Below are positions 27,306 to 35,296 of a stretch of 64,000 nt of DNA, piece by piece. The DNA is from an uncultured Clostridia bacterium (GTDB lineage: Bacteria; Bacillota; Clostridia; TANB77; CAG-508): assembly GCA_946415375.1 (NCBI GenBank), contig CAMKSF010000007.1:7283-71282 (forward strand), read 5' to 3'. Numbering within the stretch: position 1 is the first letter of the stretch; each line of letters begins with the position of its first letter. Both the position numbers and the translations under genes were made by a program. A model generated the notes under the pieces. That model was not told the origin of the DNA and ran no database searches. It saw nothing but the letters and a program-made list of their open reading frames with translations.

Positions 27306-29397
27306 ATGAAAAAATATAAAGGGAAGAAAATTAAATATGCATTAATACTTGTAACTATTCTTGTAGCTATAATTTGCATACCATATTATTATTCATCCTC
27401 AAGATATAAATATTCGGTTAATTTAAAAATTGGAATGGACCAGAAAGTTACAGGAGATACGACATTCCATATTACATATGTATTAAATGGAGGAACACAA
27501 GGAGCAAATGCGCCAACAAGTATTGAACAAAATGAGACGGTCACTTTGCCTACTCCGACAAAAACTGATTATGTATTTTTAGGATGGTATGATAATGAAA
27601 ATTTTACAGGAACAAGTCTTACAGAGCTTTCGAATGTAACAGGAAATGTAACCTTATATGCAAAATGGATTAAAGAAAATATAACAGTAACATACAAATT
27701 TGGAGACAATATAACTTTTGATGGAGCAACTGCTATAAATACATCTATAGAGTTTTTCTCATCATATAATATTGATAGAGAAATGGAAGTAACACTAGAT
27801 ATTGATGAACATACATATTTAACAGGACAATCAGGAGGATATAATACATTTTTAAATTGTACAGATCATGATAAATCGCCATGGCCAGGCTTTACATTTA
27901 GGGCCAATAACAGTAAATATTTTTTAAAGACTTCTAATAAAGCGGGAACATCACGGAGGAGATACACAATATAATAAAAGTGATATACAAAAGATTCACT
28001 TAGTCAGAAAAGATCATAAGCTTTATGTAGAATTTAATGAAAGTGGAAGTTTGAACCTAATATGTGATTATGCTGATGTTACGACACCATTTAAGTATCC
28101 ATTGTTGTTCGGAGCAGATATTGACAGTTCAAAAAATTATTTTAGACTTTTTAAAGGAAAACTATCTAATTTAACAGTTACTGCAAAATACAATTATTTA
28201 GAAGTTCCGATAACATTACCTTCACCATCAAGAACAAATTATAGATTTAAAGGATGGTATAGTGATGAAGAATTGGAACATAAAGTTGGAAATGGAGAAG
28301 CCTCATATAGTCCAACAGATGATATAACACTATATGCACATTGGGTAGAAAAAGAAAACTCTGGTGAATATGCTGTTGAGGAGTATGTACATAGTGAAGA
28401 ATATTCTTTTAAAGAAAATGATTATATAAATACACATGTTTATTTATATACACAAGAAAATATAAATAGAAATTTTGAAATGTCTTTTGAAATAACGGAT
28501 TTTGGAACGAGTGATAATAATGCAACAATAATGAGTGCAACAAAGAATACTTTAAAAGTTGTAGATCCTAATAATGAACTATTGAATTTAGAAACAATTA
28601 GTTCAACAAACAGAACCATAACTAATATTCCAAATACGATTACAAAAATTAAACTTGTAAGAATAAACAATATTTTATATTATAGTTTAAATGATAAGAA
28701 ATATTTAAAGTTAAATAGTTATTCAGGATACAATAGTTATTCGGATAATCCAGTAATATTTGGAGCCGATTTTGATAGTGGTGGAAATATTTATAGAGAT
28801 TTTGATGGAAAAATATCAAATATTGAAGTAAGGTTTATTGGTGATGACGCAGATATTGATGATTATAATCCGCCAACAAAAGAATTAGAAGTTGCATATG
28901 AACATTCAGGAGATATAGTATTTGATGGAACAAATTATATAAATACTAATATTGAATTATTTGACTATAATAATTATGATAAAGACTTTGAAATATCTTT
29001 TGATATTATTTCTATAGAAACAGATAATGAAGACCAAAATACAGTATTTAACGCTAAATACGAAGATGGAACTTATCCAGGAATTGTTTATAGAGTATAT
29101 AAAAATAAAACTATAGAACTTAAGTTTTTAGCTGGAAGTGGAACAGCCCAGAACAGAAGAAATTATGCTGGAATAGAAAGCGTAAAAATTTCTAGAAGAA
29201 ACCATAAAATGTATTATCAAATAAATGATGATTCAGAAACGCAAATATATAGTTATGAAGAATTTATAGAGTTCTTTAAAACTCCACTTACATTTGGATG
29301 CTCGCTTCAACCGTCAGATGATCCTTCAGGTTTTACGCCATTTAGGTATTTTAAAGGAACATTATCTAATATTGTTGTTAAATTAGAGAAAGATTAA
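27306..29397 (+). pseudogene. Listeria-Bacteroides-repeat (Flg_new) + 3x LamG/ConA-like lectin-domain secreted protein, disrupted by a 1-nt frameshift near 27953-27954
   Basis: ORFs 27306..27974 and 28051..29397 (+1 frame, TTG, no RBS); the downstream frame is open from 27928. Removing one base gives ...NKAGTSGGDTQYNKSDIQKIHLVRKDHKLYVEFNE, matching domains 2 and 3. Confidence 0.75.
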
Positions 29398-29420
29398 ACA
29401 GTTTAATAAAAGGGGTTATA

Positions 29421-30014
29421 ATGAAAATACTTACAGATGAACAAATTGAAAAAAAAATTAAGAAAAAGAAGATTTTAAAAACAATAATAAAAATAATTAT
29501 TTATCCCATTATTATATTTCTTTGTGCAATAAGTATTTATACTTTTGCACAAAGAATGATTAATCCTGATAAAGTAATAGATATATTTGGATATAAAGCT
29601 TTTTCTATAACATCAGGAAGTATGGAAGATACACTAAATGTTGGAGATTTAATAATTGTAAAAAATACTAAAGATGAAAACAGCATAAAAGAAGATGATA
29701 TTATCTCTTTTCAAATGAAAAATAGTATTATAACACATAGAGTTGTTAAGGTAGAAGAGGAAAGAGATAAGAAATACTTTATTACAAAAGGTGATAATAA
29801 TACAACAAATGATGAAGATAAAGTTATTTTCGAAAATATAGAAGGAAAATTTGTGAAAAAGTTTTCTAAAATTGGCAAATATTTATTTATGCTACAAGAC
29901 ACAAATATAGTAATAATCATAGCACTTGTACTTTATTTAATATATTCAATTTATTCAGAAAGGGAAGATAGGAAGATAGCAAGACATCAAAAAAGGAAGA
30001 AAAATGAACAATAA
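29421..30014 (+). CDS. sipW: SipW-type (S26B) signal peptidase I, canonical
   Basis: N-terminal TM, ITSGSMEDTLNVGDLIIV (Ser box), ITHRVV (His box), KGDNNTTND, C-terminal TM. Confidence 0.85.
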   Translation: MKILTDEQIEKKIKKKKILKTIIKIIIYPIIIFLCAISIYTFAQRMINPDKVIDIFGYKAFSITSGSMEDTLNVGDLIIVKNTKDENSIKEDDIISFQMKNSIITHRVVKVEEERDKKYFITKGDNNTTNDEDKVIFENIEGKFVKKFSKIGKYLFMLQDTNIVIIIALVLYLIYSIYSEREDRKIARHQKRKKNEQ

Positions 30015-30025
30015 AAATCAGAAGC

Positions 30026-30997
30026 TTAAAATGGCTTCTGATTTTTTGCAACTTTTGTAGGTAAAACCTCATATTTAATCTCAAATATATTAAATTTATC
30101 AAGTTCACCTGTATTTAGACAGTCAAGATATATATCTAATTCATCAAGAGTTCTACAAGCGCTAATTATAGCTGGATTTAGTAAAGAGTTAAATGTTAAT
30201 TCTAAAGCTAAACTTAAGCTATCACTAATTGAGGCATGTTCTTTTGTTCTCATAAGATTAAAGGCTTCTTTAAAACGTGATATTATAGCATTTTTATACT
30301 TAGAAAGAGGAACAATATATTCTGAATCTATAACCTGTTGTAAATTTTGATATTTAGAATTTTTTATTTTTTTCTCTAAATCTTCAACATAATATGGAAG
30401 AAAAACTTTGTTTTGTGTTTCAGATATAACTAGAACTCTATTATCTTTTACTATGTTATTGTTATCGTTATCAATTGATTCTGTAGCAATAGTAGTATTA
30501 GCCTCTTGAGATATGTTATTATCTGGAACCTCGGTTGCTTCTTTTGCAACAAATACATGGCTATCTATAGAAAGATAATCTTTTACATAGCTTTCTATAA
30601 ATGTTTCGTATTTTAAAGTTAATTCATCAAAATGTTTTGTATAATCAATTGCAAGTTTATTATAGTTATCAATTTTTTCTTTTAATGAATCAGAAGGTTC
30701 AATAATATTTTCGATATTTTCACTTTCAAAACTTTGTAATTCATTTTTAAGAAGCTCATTTGTCAATATATTATTTTTAATCAAATTAGCTAGATAATTA
30801 ACATCTTCTAATAGTTTTATTACAACATTGTTACTATAAGTAATATCATTTTGTTGAATTATTGAATTTATATTATTTAAGCATTCTAAAAGTATTTCTT
30901 GTCTTTTTGATTGAGTTTTTTTATGGCTGTCAAGTTTATCCATTATTGCATTAAATTGATCAAATATATAATTTGTTTTTTCATAATAAAATATCAT
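30026..30997 (-). CDS. cytoplasmic coiled-coil protein, paralogue A (unknown C-terminal domain)
   Basis: No signal or TM; C-terminal ~130 aa (VLVISETQNKVFLPY...RFKEAFNLMR...LNPAIISACRTLDELDIYLDCL...FEIKYEVLP) aligns with the next gene. Confidence 0.6.
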   Translation of the reverse strand: MIFYYEKTNYIFDQFNAIMDKLDSHKKTQSKRQEILLECLNNINSIIQQNDITYSNNVVIKLLEDVNYLANLIKNNILTNELLKNELQSFESENIENIIEPSDSLKEKIDNYNKLAIDYTKHFDELTLKYETFIESYVKDYLSIDSHVFVAKEATEVPDNNISQEANTTIATESIDNDNNNIVKDNRVLVISETQNKVFLPYYVEDLEKKIKNSKYQNLQQVIDSEYIVPLSKYKNAIISRFKEAFNLMRTKEHASISDSLSLALELTFNSLLNPAIISACRTLDELDIYLDCLNTGELDKFNIFEIKYEVLPTKVAKNQKPF

Positions 30998-31062
30998 ATA
31001 CTATATTTCCTTTCAATTTTATTATTATCATATTATCATTATTATTATTATTAAAGTTAAAA

Positions 31063-32097
31063 TTATCTTCTATTTGGTTTTACTTTTAATGGAGCAACTT
31101 CAAATCTAATTTCGAAGTCTTTAAATTCATCTAGATGCTGATTAGATACACATTCTAAATAGTGTTCTAATTGACTTTGAGATTTACATGCAGCAATTAT
31201 TGCAGGGTTTAGGTTATAATTAAACATCATATCCATTGCAAATTTAAATGCATCAAATATTGATTTTGCTTCTCTGTCTCTAATTAATGCATAAGCTTCT
31301 CTAAAACGAGAAACAGTAGGGTGCTTTAGATAATAAGAAGTTGGGTAAATAAATTCTTGTCTTACAACATCTTCAAAAGATGTATATTGGTTTGGATATT
31401 TATCTAAATACTCTAAAACTTCTAATTTTGAATATGGAAGATAAACTCTTTTCTTTGTTTCAGAAATTAATAAACAATTATTATTCTCTTTTACATCTTT
31501 AGAGGTGATATTAACAACTTTATCAGATTTATTTAAATCCACTTTATGTTCTACTGGTATGATATTTGAATATTTTATTGAGTATGCTTTGAAGTATTCT
31601 TGAACTTCAGGATTATTTATGAAACTTTGAATTGCAGAATCATTGTTTATAATTGTTGTTTTCATATCTTCGACAACATTACTAAAATCTGCTAATTTAA
31701 CTTTAAGATTTGATATTTCGTCTATATATTTTGATTCTGAATTATTGTCTTCATCAGCTTCAACTTTTATAAGTAAATCTATAATTTCTTTATTAATATT
31801 ATTTGATATCTCTTCATTAATTTGCAACATAGATATATTACTATTAACTGCTTCAAATATACTTTGAGCTTTTGATAGCATTGTTACATCTTTTGAAGAA
31901 TTTTTGCGACTTATATTGCTTTGACGTATAGAATCATTTAATCCATTTATTAAATTTACAATTACATCTCTGATTTTCTTCTCATTTTCCAATAACTTTG
32001 AGAATTCTTCATTATTAGAATCGAGGTGTTTTATAAAATTAAATTCATCACTTGTAAACAAACTGTTTAAAAATGTATTATTATATAATGTATTCAT
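31063..32097 (-). CDS. cytoplasmic coiled-coil protein, paralogue B
   Basis: CLLISETKKRVYLPY...RFREAYALIR...LNPAIIAACKSQSQLEHYLECV...FEIRFEVAP; GGAGG RBS. Confidence 0.6.
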   Translation of the reverse strand: MNTLYNNTFLNSLFTSDEFNFIKHLDSNNEEFSKLLENEKKIRDVIVNLINGLNDSIRQSNISRKNSSKDVTMLSKAQSIFEAVNSNISMLQINEEISNNINKEIIDLLIKVEADEDNNSESKYIDEISNLKVKLADFSNVVEDMKTTIINNDSAIQSFINNPEVQEYFKAYSIKYSNIIPVEHKVDLNKSDKVVNITSKDVKENNNCLLISETKKRVYLPYSKLEVLEYLDKYPNQYTSFEDVVRQEFIYPTSYYLKHPTVSRFREAYALIRDREAKSIFDAFKFAMDMMFNYNLNPAIIAACKSQSQLEHYLECVSNQHLDEFKDFEIRFEVAPLKVKPNRR

Positions 32098-32310
32098 AAT
32101 AAATTAGTACCTCCTAATTTTTTCGTTAGTTCTCTACATACACTATATCACAAAAAGAATAAAAACACAATTACAAAGTAGTTAAATAAATATTACAAAA
32201 AAATGTCGAAATTGTCATAAAAATGTAAAGAAAAATACATAGTATAGTTATTGAGTTTTTGCAAAAAAAAAGTTAAAATAAAAGTATAGAATAAAATTAG
32301 AAAGGAGTGT

Positions 32311-32865
32311 ATGTTTATGAAAAAAACAAAGAAAAATTCAGCTATAATAGTATTACTTGTACTAATTATAGCAATCGCAGTAGGATATGCAGCTTTCCAA
32401 ACAACATTAACCATTAATGGTAGTGCAAGTGGAAGTGCAACTTGGGATGTTAAATTTACGTCAGCTCAATTATTGGATTCATCAGGAAATGCAGATACTG
32501 CTCATGGTACTGTATCTTTTACAGATACTGCTGTTGATGCAACGCATCTAACATTTTCTTATCCGGGAGATGCTGTAAATTTACGTACTGTTATAACTAA
32601 TAGTGGAACTCTAGATGCAAAGCTAACTACTTTGACTATAGATAGATCACAATTAGGAAGTGAATTAACAGTAACAGAAGCTACACATACCCAAGGTACT
32701 GTGTTAGCACATGGACAACATTGTACATCTGATTTTGTTGTGCAATGGAAACCAAGTTCTACTGCAAGTACAGCTTCAGGAAGCTTTACTGTAACATTTA
32801 CATATGACCAAGACGCACAAGCAATTACGATTACACCTGCGCATTCAGACGCAGCTAATCCTTAA
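32311..32865 (+). CDS. small secreted TasA/camelysin-like protein 3
   Basis: Likely start ATG 32317 (9 nt after GGAG). N-terminus ...IAIAVGYAAFQTTLTINGSASG; YPGDAVNLRTVITNSGTLDAKL resembles the PGD...N.G.LD motif of the TasA/camelysin family. Confidence 0.6.
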   Translation: MFMKKTKKNSAIIVLLVLIIAIAVGYAAFQTTLTINGSASGSATWDVKFTSAQLLDSSGNADTAHGTVSFTDTAVDATHLTFSYPGDAVNLRTVITNSGTLDAKLTTLTIDRSQLGSELTVTEATHTQGTVLAHGQHCTSDFVVQWKPSSTASTASGSFTVTFTYDQDAQAITITPAHSDAANP

Positions 32866-32892
32866 TTGAAAATTGTGTAGAGATTAATTTCG

Positions 32893-32922
32893 CAAAGGTA
32901 ATGTGAAAAAGCATTACCTTTG
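32893..32922 (+). terminator. perfect 11-bp stem-loop after subunit gene 3 (no clear T-tract)
   Basis: CAAAGGTAATG-TGAAAAAG-CATTACCTTTG. Confidence 0.4.
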
Positions 32923-32970
32923 AGGAACTTAATTATCTAATTTTATTCTATTTTTATTAAAGAGGAAGAA

Positions 32971-34152
32971 ATGCAAAAATCAAAATTAGTAACATCAATT
33001 ATTGTTGTAATTATCTTAATATATGGAATTTTAGCAAATACTAATATTGTATTTAATATTTATGGGTTATTTTTGTATATAATAAATCCAATATTTTGGA
33101 TTATATTAAGTGGAGTATTATATTTTTCAATTGCAAAAATATATACAAATACAAAACTAAGAAAAAAAATAATCCAATATACCACTGTTGCAGTCTTAAC
33201 ATATTTAGTTATATATTTATTGTCAGGACTATTTGTAACGTTTGGAAATAATCCATATAACACAACTTTAAAAGGACTTATTATTAATTTTTGGATATTA
33301 GGAGTTCCAATTTTTTCAAAGGAATATATTAGATATAAATTAATTAATAATGTATATGATAGAGATAAAATGAAATTTTCAATATTTATCTCTATCGTAT
33401 ATGTATTAATAGACATAGAATATACGAGATTAATTGGTCAAAACATAGCAACTTTAACAATTATAAAATACTGTGCTCAAGTAATTGCACCAAGTATTGC
33501 AAATAATATATTATTCTCATATATTGCAATACAGGGTGATTTTGTGCCTTCGATATTATATCAACTAATTACAAATTTATATTATTGGATATCACCAATT
33601 CTGCCAAATTCCCCATGGGCAATGTCATCTATAATAGATACAGTAATCCCTATAATTTTATGCTTATATATTAGATATGAAAAAGTTAAACTTACACCTA
33701 AGAAAGATAGAAGAATGATTATAGATACTAATCCGGGAAGTATTATTCCTTTAGTTATTTCAATTGTATTAGTAATATGGTTTGCATTAGGAGTATTCCC
33801 AATAAAACCAATCGCTATTGCAACAGGTAGTATGGAAAAAGAAATAAGTGTAGGAGATGTAGCTATAATACAAAAATGTAAGGGTAATGATGTAAATGTA
33901 GGTGATATTATAGAATATCAAATGGAAGGGTATACTGTAATTCATAGAATTATTGAAAAAAGACAAGAAAACGGAGAATTCCGTTTTGTAACAAAAGGTG
34001 ATAACAATATTAGCCCAGATAATGAGATAGTAAGAGAAAATCAATTAATAGGAAAGGTAATATTTAAAATAAAATACATAGGATATCCTGCAATATGGAT
34101 GCATTTGCTTCAAAAAGAAGAGCAAATGGTAAAAGTAGAAAAGGGATTTTAG
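32971..34152 (+). CDS. fusion of an ~270-aa polytopic membrane domain to a SipW-type (S26B) signal peptidase domain
   Basis: About 8 TM helices, then IAIATGSMEKEISVGDVAII (Ser box), VIHRII (His box), KGDNNISPD. Confidence 0.75.
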   Translation: MQKSKLVTSIIVVIILIYGILANTNIVFNIYGLFLYIINPIFWIILSGVLYFSIAKIYTNTKLRKKIIQYTTVAVLTYLVIYLLSGLFVTFGNNPYNTTLKGLIINFWILGVPIFSKEYIRYKLINNVYDRDKMKFSIFISIVYVLIDIEYTRLIGQNIATLTIIKYCAQVIAPSIANNILFSYIAIQGDFVPSILYQLITNLYYWISPILPNSPWAMSSIIDTVIPIILCLYIRYEKVKLTPKKDRRMIIDTNPGSIIPLVISIVLVIWFALGVFPIKPIAIATGSMEKEISVGDVAIIQKCKGNDVNVGDIIEYQMEGYTVIHRIIEKRQENGEFRFVTKGDNNISPDNEIVRENQLIGKVIFKIKYIGYPAIWMHLLQKEEQMVKVEKGF

Positions 34153-34175
34153 GAAGCTAAAGAAAGGAGAAGATT

Positions 34176-35231
34176 GTGATGAAAGCAAAATTTAAAAACA
34201 AAATGCGTAAATCAACAAAATATGGTGTTACAATTGTATCTATCATTGTACTAATTTTCTCTTTTATTAACTTCATAAAAACTATACAAAAAGAAAATAT
34301 GAAAACATTTACAAAAGAAATATATAAATATACTAATAAATATAGTTATGACTATAAGGTGAATTTAATTTCAAACAAATATATGACAAACGAAGAAATT
34401 AAAGACAAAAATTTGGCATATGTTACAGATTTAATTGATAATATAAAATTAGAATTAAACTATGATTATAATGCAAATAAAAATTCAGAAATAAAATGTA
34501 ATTATTCTGTTGTTGGTTTAATGCAGGCTGTTTATACAAAAAATGGTGAAGAACAAAAGATTTGGGAAAAAGAAGAAACTTTATTAAATGAAAAAGAATT
34601 AAAATCAGCATCAGATAATATACAGATAAATGAAAAGCTTAAATTAGACTTAAAAGAAAAAAACAATTTAATTAATAATTTTAAACAACAACTAGGAATG
34701 ACAATAGAAGCAAAATATACCGTTAAGTTAAAAATAAAAGTTACAACAGATATAGAAGGAAAAGAAATAGTAGATGAAATAGAGCCATTTATAAATATTG
34801 ATTTAGCTGAAAAGACAACAAAAATTAAAGGTGAAAATAATACAGAAAATACTGAATATATTTCAAAAGACTATAAAGTTACACAAAAATCAAGTGTATT
34901 TAGAATGGTTATAGATATAATTCTTATGATAACAGCTATTTATGCATTAAGATATGTAGCTAAATCTAAGATTGCAAATGTTGTAAGAAATGAATATAAA
35001 TATGAATTAAATAGAATCTTAAAGATTTGTCAAGATAAGATTGTTCAAGTTAGTACAAGACCTAACGATGAAGAGATAGAAGTGGTATATGTTAAAGATT
35101 TTGGAGAAATCTTTAAAGTTTCAGAAGAATTATTTAAACCAATTCTATACTATAATGCAAAAGAAAATGAAGAGGCTTGGTTCTCTGTAATGAGTGGAAA
35201 AACAAGTTATAGATTTGTTTTGAAAAAGTAA
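34176..35231 (+). CDS. bitopic/2-TM protein with a large extracytoplasmic domain (DUF5305-like architecture, tentative)
   Basis: TM1 YGVTIVSIIVLIFSFINFI, ~210-aa exposed domain, TM2 FRMVIDIILMITAIYALRYV, ~90-aa cytoplasmic tail; immediately follows a SipW gene. Confidence 0.5.
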   Translation: MMKAKFKNKMRKSTKYGVTIVSIIVLIFSFINFIKTIQKENMKTFTKEIYKYTNKYSYDYKVNLISNKYMTNEEIKDKNLAYVTDLIDNIKLELNYDYNANKNSEIKCNYSVVGLMQAVYTKNGEEQKIWEKEETLLNEKELKSASDNIQINEKLKLDLKEKNNLINNFKQQLGMTIEAKYTVKLKIKVTTDIEGKEIVDEIEPFINIDLAEKTTKIKGENNTENTEYISKDYKVTQKSSVFRMVIDIILMITAIYALRYVAKSKIANVVRNEYKYELNRILKICQDKIVQVSTRPNDEEIEVVYVKDFGEIFKVSEELFKPILYYNAKENEEAWFSVMSGKTSYRFVLKK

Positions 35232-35296
35232 ATTAACAGTATTCCCCCGCTATTATAAATAGAGGGGGAAACGACTATTATAAAGCGGAGGGGAAA

